64,000 nt of DNA, from assembly GCA_963668355.1 (NCBI GenBank), contig OY764265.1, forward strand, positions 2,752,001 through 2,816,000, given 5' to 3'. The stretch is from Bdellovibrionota bacterium (GTDB taxonomy: Bacteria > Bdellovibrionota_G > JALEGL01 > DATDPG01). Shown piece by piece: positions 10,163 through 19,455 of this stretch. The translations under genes were made by a program, and so were the position numbers. Position 1 is the first letter of the stretch. Each line of letters opens with the position of its first letter. The notes under the pieces were generated by a model. The model made no database searches, was not told the origin of the DNA, and saw only the letters and a list, made by a program, of their open reading frames with translations.

Positions 10163-10582
10163 TTAACTTATACGATAAATGGGCAGGGAGGTATATGAAA
10201 ATCCGGGTCTTCGTTTTCGCAATACATGCGTGACCGTAAGAAGTTGAAATATTCGATAGATATTCTTTGGGTTTTGAACATGGAGATTGAACACAAACTC
10301 ATGCCACAGATCCAGGCAGACCTGTTTCCAGATTCTCTCACAAGTCAGATGATCCTCTTGGCTTGAAACACATGGAATCCAATTTTCCAAAAACACATCA
10401 AATGAGCTTCCCAAATCAAACTCATGACAAGCCCACTCCCGAACACCCGCCATACGTTTGGAAAGAAATAAACTCGAAAAAAAGTCGAAACCGCTCTCCC
10501 AATTTCGATAAAGCGAATTTCCATGAATCGAAAGAAAGAGTTCGTAAGAAGAAGGAAAAAACATATTCCAAAACGTTTCCAT
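10163..10582 (-). CDS. Hypothetical protein
   Basis: 139-aa ORF in tandem with 10593..11045; GAGGTG upstream of the ATG. Confidence 0.45.
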   Translation of the reverse strand: METFWNMFFPSSYELFLSIHGNSLYRNWESGFDFFSSLFLSKRMAGVREWACHEFDLGSSFDVFLENWIPCVSSQEDHLTCERIWKQVCLDLWHEFVFNLHVQNPKNIYRIFQLLTVTHVLRKRRPGFSYTSLPIYRIS

Positions 10583-10592
10583 AACTAAACAC

Positions 10593-11045
10593 TCACCTCT
10601 TCCTTTTGGAGAGAGATATTCGGGGAGTCTTTAAATACTTCTTCTTCATTTCTTCGACAGCCTCCCGCTTCATCAACCCAAAGAAACCCAGAAACATCGT
10701 TTGTTGCATTTCCGCGATCAACGGACCGAAGAGAACCGTCGCTTCCTTCTTGCGTCGCTGTTTCGACTCCTTGGACTCTTTCGGCAATCTTGGAATCTGA
10801 ATTTCCACCGTGCCCAGGATATGATTCACGCGACACGCGGGTTCTTTCAATTGGGAAACTTCACGATGCTCAATGGTGTGCGAAAAGAAGGTCGTGATGT
10901 TGGCATCATGGGAAGGGTCTTGGAAATACTGCTTTCTCAAAAAGGCTGCCCAAGCATCCAACCCTTTAAAATCGCCCAGCGTACGTATCTCTACGGGAGA
11001 AGAGTGAGAAGCTGAGAAGTCAATCGGGAGCGAATCAAATTCCAT
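10593..11045 (-). CDS. Hypothetical protein
   Basis: 150-aa ORF with AAGGA upstream; divergent from the HTH-like gene. Confidence 0.55.
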   Translation of the reverse strand: MEFDSLPIDFSASHSSPVEIRTLGDFKGLDAWAAFLRKQYFQDPSHDANITTFFSHTIEHREVSQLKEPACRVNHILGTVEIQIPRLPKESKESKQRRKKEATVLFGPLIAEMQQTMFLGFFGLMKREAVEEMKKKYLKTPRISLSKRKR

Positions 11046-11072
11046 AAATCATTTCCTTTGCCAACGCGGATT

Positions 11073-11119
11073 GTATTATAAAATAATACTATACACAAAG
11101 TTGTATTATCTTTTACTAC
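11073..11119. promoter_or_regulatory. Tandem operator-like palindromes in a divergent promoter region
   Basis: Perfect GTATTAT-AAA-ATAATAC (11073-11089) and degenerate GTATTAT-CTT-TTACTAC (11103-11119), 30 bp apart. Confidence 0.55.
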
Positions 11120-11170
11120 ATTCCCAAAACAACAAAGACGTCTGCAATATCAATATGATAAATTGAATAT

Positions 11171-11665
11171 GTGTCTCCGATTCGAAATCAAGCCCGGCTC
11201 ACCGCAAAAATCGCGGCTCCTTATCGAAAAGCCCTTCAGGTCTTTTTGAAGAAAGCCTTTCCCACTTCAGATGACCAAAGACAACTGGCACAATCCCTGG
11301 ATCGGTCTGTGGATACAATCCGAACCCTCATCTTTCAGGGAGAAGGTGGCTTGGATTTGGTCCTGGCCTGCCTCCACCACGCGATCGCTTCTACCAATGA
11401 AACAAAAATCAAACCCGATGATCTCATGCAAGCGTTTTCGGATTTTCTGAAACGAAACGAAGAACCCACACCTTCGGATAAGTTGTTCAACCAGTGGAAA
11501 GAAAACTTATCCGAAGAAACTCTGTTCTTTTATATGAGCCTTTTCGACCTTCACATTCATATGATTGATGACTTCAACCGTAAGAAAACACGAAAGAAAA
11601 AGCTACGCCGTAGCGGTCCGGTCTTTTCCTCGTCCAAGCCTCTCCAAAATACGACCAAAGTTTGA
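11171..11665 (+). CDS. Putative helix-turn-helix (XRE-like) DNA-binding protein
   Basis: QRQLAQSLDRSVDTIRTL resembles an HTH; divergent arrangement beside operator-like repeats. Confidence 0.5.
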   Translation: MSPIRNQARLTAKIAAPYRKALQVFLKKAFPTSDDQRQLAQSLDRSVDTIRTLIFQGEGGLDLVLACLHHAIASTNETKIKPDDLMQAFSDFLKRNEEPTPSDKLFNQWKENLSEETLFFYMSLFDLHIHMIDDFNRKKTRKKKLRRSGPVFSSSKPLQNTTKV

Positions 11666-12082
11666 ATCCGAAAAATCCATCGGTTTCCCAAAACACACAA
11701 CTTCCGGGAAACGAATCTGGAATTGTTTAACCTCGTCTGCGTTGGCCAACAAAGCACTCATCGCCACCACCGGTTTCTGAGGAGAATTTTCGCGAAACCA
11801 ATGTAAAACCTTACATCCAAGGTGAGGCGTGCTGGGTTCAAATTTATTCTGTGTCAACTCAACGGCATTGAACACCAAATCCACAATCACTAAATCGAAA
11901 ACAGAAACATCGACTTGCCCATCGAACAGCGGCTGCGGGCTACTCAGACTTGAAATAACCCACTGATCCTGGCAAAGAGCAAGAGCCTCGGCTTGATCCA
12001 CCTCATCATCAATGAACAAAACATTCAAAGAGGCTCTGGTTTTGGGATCTTTCCGTTGCGTATAATCAAAGACTTTCAACAT
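11603..12082 (-). CDS. Stand-alone response-regulator receiver protein
   Basis: VLFIDDE, LVIVDL, VVAMSA and FGKP motifs; immediately downstream of the hybrid kinase. Confidence 0.8.
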   Translation of the reverse strand: MLKVFDYTQRKDPKTRASLNVLFIDDEVDQAEALALCQDQWVISSLSSPQPLFDGQVDVSVFDLVIVDLVFNAVELTQNKFEPSTPHLGCKVLHWFRENSPQKPVVAMSALLANADEVKQFQIRFPEVVCFGKPMDFSDSNFGRILERLGRGKDRTATA

Positions 12083-12092
12083 AACCGAGCCT

Positions 12093-15000
12093 TCAAGCCT
12101 CCATACTTCGTTCAGCACCTCGGAAAATGAACTTCTTTGCCCCTTTAATATCCGGAGCCTCTTTGGGAACCGTGATCGAAAACGTCGTTCCTCGGCCCGG
12201 TGCGGATTCTACACGAATCTCCCCTTCAAAAAGGTTTTCGATGATGTCCTGACAAATGAAGAGTCCCAGACCGGTCCCCTCACCTGCCGGTTTTGTGCTT
12301 TCAAAAGGATCAAATACTTTTTCCAAAAATGCTTCTGGAATTCCTTGCCCATGATCCTGAACCGAAATTCGGGCCCGCGTTCCCTGTTCAGAGACCTTCA
12401 CCTGAATGGGTCCCCCTCCATCTTCGGTGGCATACAAACCATTGTCCACCAAGTTGACCACGACTTGCATAATGGGAGCATAACCAAAAATCTTCACCTC
12501 CGGCCCCTCTTCCAAAAGTAAATCCACTCCCTTGGTTTTGGACTTCTTCCGCAAAAGCGTGAAAGCATCCTCAACCATCTCTCGAAGATTGATTTCCGTA
12601 CGTTCGATAGATCCGGAGGCATACGACTGCATGCTCGTAATGATATGACTTAAACGATCCGCTCCCTGTTGAGCAGTATTCCCAGCATTCAGCAAACGCT
12701 CCGCCTCCACCAAGGCTGCCTTCAAATCAAACGACTCGCCCTCTTGTGACATTCGTTCATGGAGAGATTTTAAGCGCTTTCGAACCCCCGAAAGATGATT
12801 TCTCAACGAATGAAGAGGATTTTTCATTTCATGAGCCAGCCCCGTTGACATGAGACCCAATGTCACAAGCTTGTCGGCATTGCTGAGGCGCTTGAACATC
12901 AACGAACGATCCACCTGCCCCTTCACCCGAGCCACCAGAACTTCTTGTGCAAAAGGCTTGGTCACATAGTCATTGGCTCCCAGCTTTAAATGCTCCGTGA
13001 CATCTGAGTCTTCCCCTTTGGACGTAAGCATGATGACCGGAATTCGGACATATTCTGAGTTCTCGCGAATCGCCTTGAGGAATTCCGTGCCATTCATCAC
13101 CGGCATCATGATGTCCGACAAAATGCAATCGACCTTGGTATCTTTCAAAAGCTCCAAAGCCTCTTTTCCATTGGGTCCAAAAAAGACATTGAATTTGCCT
13201 TGAAGCGCATGAAGAATGACTTGCGCTACATCCGGGTTATCCTCCGCCACCAACACATTGGGAAGCTCAGCATTAATTTCGGGCGGCGTTTTCGGGGGAT
13301 AGACCACATCCAAAGAACCCGCAAACCTCTCCGGATCAGTTTTTTCCAGTTTATACTCTGAGTCCTTCGGGACCAAATCCACATTCTGACTCAAAGGAAG
13401 CGCGATCACGAATTTCGAACCACCCAACTCCGAGTCCTCAATCCAAATTTGGCCATTGTGAAGCTCCACAATCTCCTTCACAAAAGATAGGCCGATGCCG
13501 CTACCGCCATGCGATTTAATGTCCGTGGCCACGCTTTGGTAATAACGATTGAAGACCTGATGCCTTTCCTCCGGAGAGATTCCAGGCCCGGAATCCTCAA
13601 TATCAAAAAAGATACGGGCCATATTCGTACGAATCGTGACCCGAATGTTCCCTTGATCACAAAATTTGATGGCGTTTCCCAAGACATTGTCAATCACCCT
13701 TTGCATTTGGATTGGATCCAACGGGACGAGCAAACCGGACACCTCTTGAGCACGAAATTCGAAGCTCAGACCTTTTTGAGCACAAGCGACATCATAGCCC
13801 GAAACCCATTCCTCAAGGGCCGAACCCACCTTCACATTTTCCCATTTAAGCTTTAAGCCCCGCGATTCTGCCCGAACCGTATCCAAAAGCTGCTGAATCA
13901 TGCCCAAAAGCTTGATGAGATTTCTCTTCGCGGGCTTTAAAACCTCTTGAACTCCCTCACCCGCAGAATTCAAAACCCCCAAAGCCACCGTCAAAGGCGT
14001 CTTAAAATCGTGCGACACATTGGCAAAAAACTGCTGCTTCATTTTATCCATCGCCCGCAGCTCCTCATTCGCCGCCTTCAAATCCTGCGTCCGCAAATTC
14101 ACCTGCTCCTCAACATAAACAAACGCATCGGCAGACTCTTTTGCTAGAGCCAGGGCACTCGCCCCCACAAAAGCGAAAAAACCATATGGAATCAAATAAG
14201 GAGCGCCTTCTAAACCAAGACTTGTAACAAACGCATCATGGGAAATTGAAAAAACGAACGCTGAGTAACCAACTCCGTAACGCCACAAATTCCGGTTTTT
14301 TATCCAAACTCGTAAAAAACAGATGTATCCAATAAGAAAGCAAAGAATTAAAATTGAAAACCAGCCTTCATAAAAGCGATAAACTTCATGAAAGCTGCTC
14401 TCAGCCACACCACCAATTCCAGCAATCCCACCTCCAAGAATCGCCGTAAAAAGGAGCCATTTTGGAATGGCCTTCATTCGAACACGAAGAAATGTCAAAA
14501 AAACCACTGAACCTAGAATTGCATTTATGAGATGAATCTTCATTACGAGAGAAAGATTTCCAAAAGATCGAAAGGGCCATGCACTAATCATTAAGATATA
14601 AACCGCGATACTTCCTGCACAAAGAGCGAAAACACCGTGTTCCTTCCGTTCCGGAAGCAAAACAAATACAAACAAATAGTAAAAGGCCACACCAAGAAGA
14701 AGAACCGATAACATTCGAAAATAGCCAAAACGAAACCACTCGATTCGACTAATGATCGGTGTGAGGACTTCTGCTTCACCAATTCCTATGGGTCCAGCAT
14801 ATAACCCAGCGTTGTTAGCACCCCTCTTCCAAATATGGATCTCAAGTTTGTTTATCTTATTGATCCGACAATTTTTTGGGATTTCATAAGCCCGCAAAGC
14901 TCCCCACCACCAGCCACTAAGACTTCCTGTGCTGGAAACTCCGGTACTTCCTATTTCGCATGAATTGAGAAAAACCCGGTCGGAATCTGCCACCCTTCCC

Positions 15001-15296
15001 AAAACTATGACTGGCCTACGAACGTCATTAAATTTCGAAGAACTAACATCTTTGGAAAGAATCCATTCCCGCTCCTTTCCAAACTGTTCTTTTCCACGAA
15101 AGTCTTCAGGAATAACAACATTTGTTCCCAGAACCTCACCAGACGAAGTTGAAACTTCCCAATCGGCACTTTCCAGAGGGTCGATTGCCTTTCGCAACTC
15201 ACCTTCAGAAAAAGAAAGCCAAATCCGAGGTAGAAAAAGGAAAAAAAGGACGAGCCAAAATAGGACATCAATAATTAGATTGCGTTTTTTTCTCAT
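12093..15296 (-). CDS. Membrane hybrid sensor kinase: extracellular domain + about 7 TM (7TM-DISM-like) + HisKA-HATPase + REC + second HisKA-HATPase
   Basis: H-boxes VSHDFKTP and LAHEMKNP; G-boxes DSGPGI/GSGIGL and DHGQGI/GTGLGL; receiver SDIMMP. Confidence 0.9.
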   Translation of the reverse strand: MRKKRNLIIDVLFWLVLFFLFLPRIWLSFSEGELRKAIDPLESADWEVSTSSGEVLGTNVVIPEDFRGKEQFGKEREWILSKDVSSSKFNDVRRPVIVLGRVADSDRVFLNSCEIGSTGVSSTGSLSGWWWGALRAYEIPKNCRINKINKLEIHIWKRGANNAGLYAGPIGIGEAEVLTPIISRIEWFRFGYFRMLSVLLLGVAFYYLFVFVLLPERKEHGVFALCAGSIAVYILMISAWPFRSFGNLSLVMKIHLINAILGSVVFLTFLRVRMKAIPKWLLFTAILGGGIAGIGGVAESSFHEVYRFYEGWFSILILCFLIGYICFLRVWIKNRNLWRYGVGYSAFVFSISHDAFVTSLGLEGAPYLIPYGFFAFVGASALALAKESADAFVYVEEQVNLRTQDLKAANEELRAMDKMKQQFFANVSHDFKTPLTVALGVLNSAGEGVQEVLKPAKRNLIKLLGMIQQLLDTVRAESRGLKLKWENVKVGSALEEWVSGYDVACAQKGLSFEFRAQEVSGLLVPLDPIQMQRVIDNVLGNAIKFCDQGNIRVTIRTNMARIFFDIEDSGPGISPEERHQVFNRYYQSVATDIKSHGGSGIGLSFVKEIVELHNGQIWIEDSELGGSKFVIALPLSQNVDLVPKDSEYKLEKTDPERFAGSLDVVYPPKTPPEINAELPNVLVAEDNPDVAQVILHALQGKFNVFFGPNGKEALELLKDTKVDCILSDIMMPVMNGTEFLKAIRENSEYVRIPVIMLTSKGEDSDVTEHLKLGANDYVTKPFAQEVLVARVKGQVDRSLMFKRLSNADKLVTLGLMSTGLAHEMKNPLHSLRNHLSGVRKRLKSLHERMSQEGESFDLKAALVEAERLLNAGNTAQQGADRLSHIITSMQSYASGSIERTEINLREMVEDAFTLLRKKSKTKGVDLLLEEGPEVKIFGYAPIMQVVVNLVDNGLYATEDGGGPIQVKVSEQGTRARISVQDHGQGIPEAFLEKVFDPFESTKPAGEGTGLGLFICQDIIENLFEGEIRVESAPGRGTTFSITVPKEAPDIKGAKKFIFRGAERSMEA

Positions 15297-15489
15297 ATGC
15301 CTGCAATTTGCATGGTTTTATGTAAACACAAACTATACTTAGATTTATTTTAATTGACCGGAATTTCTCAATTTTTTGGAATATTTTGAAAGAGACCAAT
15401 GTCACAAATTGGTTGAGACTTAGAGATCCCAGTCATGACTTTCCTGTTTTTTCATGCTAATGATTACAATAGGTTATCCAGTTTTTTTT

Positions 15490-15504
15490 TGGCACGAAAC
15501 TTGG
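15490..15504 (+). promoter_or_regulatory. Near-consensus sigma54 promoter
   Basis: TGGCACG-AAAC-TTGG (GG in place of GC at -12) upstream of the ATG at 15524. Confidence 0.35.
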
Positions 15505-15523
15505 GTAAATAAAAGCACCAAAT

Positions 15524-17656
15524 ATGTCGACGGTAGAACATAGGGACTCTCCAAGAATTTCACCAAAATCGGCTTTGAGCGCTCAAGTTTTGTTGGAATC
15601 AGGGCACCTCGTCTTAGGGGACGTTCTCAATTGTTCCAATTCGGGCTTTGGTCTCTCTATTCCTCTAACGAACAAAACTCGCAACCTGGTCCGGGGTAGA
15701 TATCCCCAAAACACCCCTCAAGCAAAAATCCAGATTTATAAGGACGAGAATGTCATTCTGGACGGAATGTGCCTTATTCGACATGGATCTCTTTCCAAAA
15801 AGAAAGCAATCAATTCGGAGGACGATGCGGCTATTTTAGGCGTGAGCTTAGTCAGAAACCCTTCTCCAGATATAAACAATGTTCATTTCACTACTAAAAC
15901 ACCTGAAATTGATATCATTGATTCTAAGGAGAGGATAAATGAAGTCTTTGTCGACTTTTTCGGACTTGAACAGTCGGCCGCGTCTCTTCACATAGAAGGA
16001 TCAAACAGTATTCAGGGGACTTTTTCATGTGATGAACTCTCAAAAACCGTTTCGAAAATCTGTTTTCAAACAAAGAATAATATTCTCGCGTCTGAAAAAC
16101 CGGGGAAAAACCTTCGGTTTTCTTTTGAGATGTTCCGATCCTTCTACATCTTCGATTCGAAAATAGTAGCCAAAAGCAATAATCGTCTAGAAGTCAGAAT
16201 CCCCTCTACTGTTATCAGGGTCACAAGAAGGATTACTTCTCGCGTAAGCCCTCGTGACAATGAGGTCTTTGAGCTAAGCATTGAAGACGGTTTAACGGAA
16301 AGCAGAGTGTATGGAAAAATACTTAACTTGACGGAACGAGGGTTCTCCGTACTGCTTCAGAACAAATCTCCCATCTACGCGCCAGGTTTTCATTTAAAAA
16401 ACGTTAGGTTCAACCTACCAAAAGCGGAGTCCTTCACAGTAAATGCCATTGTCGTTCATTGTTCTTCAACAGATGAAGGTCTGGTGCTTCTCCAGGCTAG
16501 CCTAAATAATAATGAGCGAAAAAATTTAATGCCTTTATTTAATTTTGTTGTCGAACGAAGATATGACACAACCAGTCAGCTAACTCGAATCCAATACGAA
16601 AAACTTTGGTTCCTTTTTGCTGACTCTGGATACACGGATCTTTGTGAGCCCGAAGCAGCCAAATTCATGAAATCGACAGCTGAATCAACCTGGAGTTCCA
16701 TGGAAAAGAGCCCCGACTTACTTGCAAGAAATGTCGCTGTAGATCAGGACGGAAGAGCTTTAGCAGCAGGGCTTCACATTACGAGGATATTCTCTGATAG
16801 CTGGCTTATCCACCATCTGGCCATCCTCAAAGGACATCAAAGAACAGCCACGCCACAGCTATTCGGTGCAATGTGTGACTATCTCATACAAACAGGTGCC
16901 AAATACGTAATTTCTTATACGAAGGCCGGGGAAGCTTGGAGCGAGAAAAATTACTATGCTTTTGCTAGAGAATACCCAAGCATTGACGTCAATTTCATCG
17001 AATCCTACCAAGTGCTTCAGTTTCCTCTTTTGACAAAGAATCAAACGTTGAGCCCTTCTACAAACATTACAATTCGAGAAGGAACCCAATGGGATAAGAA
17101 GAGAATCGCAAAGTTCCTATCTCAAACAGAATCGCCCCTATGGCTAAAGGCTTTTGACCTTTTAGAAAACACAATCGATCTCTCCGACATCAGTTCAAAA
17201 TATGAAGCCGCGGGTCTTCAGAGGAACCGAACATTTTTCATTGCTGAAACAAACCGAAAGATGGTGGCCTTTGCGATGTGCGACATTGCTACCACTGGCG
17301 TGAATATTTGGAGTCTCACCGATAATTTCCGAGTTTTTGTAGTAGATCCCCTCCACCCTAAGCTGGAGGAAGCTAAAAGGAATCTGACAATTCAGGCATT
17401 AAACTTCTATAGAAACGCCGGAAAACCTCTAGGCCTTTGTTTTTCCAAGGATACTTCCTTCAAGTATTTAAAGGGAATCGAGTGGGTCGAGTTTGAGAAA
17501 ACTTCCCTCTGGGTCACCACTGATCAAATGGTTCCCAGGTACCGTCAATATAATGCTCAAGTCTTTGGAAGAATCATGGCAAAAACGCGAATGAGAAAAA
17601 AAGCTGCAGAAAAACGGCGAAAAATAATTGGTTCAGTCGTAGAATCAAAAAAATGA
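15524..17656 (+). CDS. Tandem PilZ-domain protein with C-terminal GNAT/acyltransferase-like region (PixB-like architecture)
   Basis: RDSPR...NCSNSG and RITSR...NLTERG match PilZ RxxxR and D/NxSxxG; the GNAT call for the C-terminus (TRIFSDSWLIHHLA) is by resemblance only. Confidence 0.6.
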   Translation: MSTVEHRDSPRISPKSALSAQVLLESGHLVLGDVLNCSNSGFGLSIPLTNKTRNLVRGRYPQNTPQAKIQIYKDENVILDGMCLIRHGSLSKKKAINSEDDAAILGVSLVRNPSPDINNVHFTTKTPEIDIIDSKERINEVFVDFFGLEQSAASLHIEGSNSIQGTFSCDELSKTVSKICFQTKNNILASEKPGKNLRFSFEMFRSFYIFDSKIVAKSNNRLEVRIPSTVIRVTRRITSRVSPRDNEVFELSIEDGLTESRVYGKILNLTERGFSVLLQNKSPIYAPGFHLKNVRFNLPKAESFTVNAIVVHCSSTDEGLVLLQASLNNNERKNLMPLFNFVVERRYDTTSQLTRIQYEKLWFLFADSGYTDLCEPEAAKFMKSTAESTWSSMEKSPDLLARNVAVDQDGRALAAGLHITRIFSDSWLIHHLAILKGHQRTATPQLFGAMCDYLIQTGAKYVISYTKAGEAWSEKNYYAFAREYPSIDVNFIESYQVLQFPLLTKNQTLSPSTNITIREGTQWDKKRIAKFLSQTESPLWLKAFDLLENTIDLSDISSKYEAAGLQRNRTFFIAETNRKMVAFAMCDIATTGVNIWSLTDNFRVFVVDPLHPKLEEAKRNLTIQALNFYRNAGKPLGLCFSKDTSFKYLKGIEWVEFEKTSLWVTTDQMVPRYRQYNAQVFGRIMAKTRMRKKAAEKRRKIIGSVVESKK

Positions 17657-18297
17657 TTTTGCGCTTTGCTCAAACCATATTTCTAATCCTACTATTTTTT
17701 GTGCTCCCGACTCTCCCTCGGCTGGAAGTCGTGTTTTCTCCCCCCGTAATACTGGCGGTTCTAATGGCGTTTTTGATCAACATGACCCAACCCACCGTTC
17801 ATGCGAAGGATCTCAAAGAACCTACCCCAAGGGATCGCCTTAGTTCTCGCTACCTCTTTCTGGGAGGATGTTTAATATTCCTAATTCCTCTTCTTGATTT
17901 TACGTATTTCACTCAACCCAAAATTTCTGCCTGCTCTCCTCTTTTCCTTATCGGTACATTTTTGGTCATAAGTGGCATGACCTTTCGAATTTGGTCGATC
18001 CGAACACTCGGAAAGTTTTTTACGTCCGTGATATTCGTTCAGGAGGGTCAAAAAGTTGTCCAAAATGGGCCCTACAAGCTCATTCGCCATCCAAGTTATT
18101 TAGGCGCTACCGTGGCGGCTTTTGGTGTTTCAATTGCCTTTAAAAGCATCTTTGGGGTTTTTTTCGTTTTATTTTTATTTATTCCGATTTACGCCTATCG
18201 AATTCATGTCGAGGAGCAAACCCTCAAACGCGAATTGGCTCCGGATTATGAGGCATACATGAAACGAACCAAGCGTTTGATTCCTTTTGTTTATTGA
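17653..18297 (+). CDS. Isoprenylcysteine carboxyl methyltransferase (ICMT/Ste14) family membrane protein
   Basis: GPYKLIRHPSYLG, RIHVEEQTL and YMKRTKRLIPF; 4-bp overlap with the upstream gene. Confidence 0.9.
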   Translation: MILRFAQTIFLILLFFVLPTLPRLEVVFSPPVILAVLMAFLINMTQPTVHAKDLKEPTPRDRLSSRYLFLGGCLIFLIPLLDFTYFTQPKISACSPLFLIGTFLVISGMTFRIWSIRTLGKFFTSVIFVQEGQKVVQNGPYKLIRHPSYLGATVAAFGVSIAFKSIFGVFFVLFLFIPIYAYRIHVEEQTLKRELAPDYEAYMKRTKRLIPFVY

Positions 18298-18310
18298 GTC
18301 TCCTTTTCTT

Positions 18311-18901
18311 TTATTGGGAGAACAAAAAGTATAGGCCTGTAGCGGAAATTCCCACCACGAGGAGGGAGATTCCTACGATGGTTCCTAAGATCCAAAATAG
18401 CTGCTTGTTACTCAATTGAACCGCGTGTTTTCCGAAGAGAAATAGGAGATAAAAAGACCAGGCCTGTACGGCAAAGGTCAGAAGAGGAAAGATGACACCT
18501 CCAAGAGTTCCGATCACGGCAAAAATGGAAATTTGCGCTAGAAAGAAAGAGGAACGGTAAATTCCGGCTTCCTTGTGAAAAAGTGTGGAGACCCAATGGA
18601 GCGTCGCCCCTCCAAGAGGAATCAAGCAAGCGGCAGCGATGGCACTCGAAAAAATGGCTCCAAAAGCTCGTACCCCAAACGGCCCCATCAACGACAATCC
18701 TAAGATTAAGCCCTGTGCCACACCGGCCGTCACGGCATAGATGAAAATGGGTTCCCAGGATCCTTTTTGGGGCAAAGCCAAAACGGCATTTTTCGGATTT
18801 TGAAAATACCTCTTAATGACCAGAGACCACTCTCTCAGCTGTTTGATCACACGGGTTTTTAGATCTTTGTCGAATTTAATGTTCAATACTTGTTCATTCA
18901 T
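18311..18901 (-). CDS. Multi-pass membrane protein (YIP1-like)
   Basis: About 5 hydrophobic helices after a YFQNP motif. Confidence 0.55.
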   Translation of the reverse strand: MNEQVLNIKFDKDLKTRVIKQLREWSLVIKRYFQNPKNAVLALPQKGSWEPIFIYAVTAGVAQGLILGLSLMGPFGVRAFGAIFSSAIAAACLIPLGGATLHWVSTLFHKEAGIYRSSFFLAQISIFAVIGTLGGVIFPLLTFAVQAWSFYLLFLFGKHAVQLSNKQLFWILGTIVGISLLVVGISATGLYFLFSQ

Positions 18902-18949
18902 GACGGGCTCCTTTGCGTTTGATTTGTTTTTGGACGAAGTGCATTTCTT

Positions 18950-19285
18950 TTAAAGATGGGCATCAAAATAGGAATCCATGATCCCCCGAACACCTTCGCA
19001 AGATTCAGCCGCGTAAATGGCCGTTTCGAATGAAGCCGTTTTGGCATCTGAAGGAGAATCCCCTTCTGCCTCTGCCAAACATTCGGATTCCAAGGCCGCT
19101 TCAGAAGAAGTGTCTTGAAGATCCAATACGGAAACCGCATAGTCTCGATCGTCTTGGGTGGCACATTGGTCGAAGACGGAAGTTACGATCGCCGAACAAA
19201 CACGATCCCAGTTGTCACCGCTGCCTCCACAAGCGGAAACCAGGCCCAAAGAGCAAAGCATCAATCCAAGAAGTGTTTTTTTCAT
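18950..19285 (-). CDS. Small acidic Cys-rich lipoprotein
   Basis: MKKTLLGLMLCSLGLVSAC lipobox; GGAGGA RBS. Confidence 0.7.
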   Translation of the reverse strand: MKKTLLGLMLCSLGLVSACGGSGDNWDRVCSAIVTSVFDQCATQDDRDYAVSVLDLQDTSSEAALESECLAEAEGDSPSDAKTASFETAIYAAESCEGVRGIMDSYFDAHL

Positions 19286-19347
19286 TTCAATATCCTCCCC
19301 CCAATTTGGGTGTTGAGTTTGTGTTTCAATCTTGGGAGAACCTAAGG

Positions 19348-19362
19348 GCAACCTGCGTGCCA
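19348..19362 (-). promoter_or_regulatory. sigma54 promoter
   Basis: Perfect TGGCACG-CAGG-TTGC; IHF-like TTTCAA-GGAT-TTA near 19380. Confidence 0.7.
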
Positions 19363-19455
19363 AAAGGATTTTTCTTTATTTTCAAGGATTTAGGAGATTT
19401 CTAAGAGTTCACGAGACCGAAAATCCGTCTCGCAAACGTTCGAAACCCGGATGGT

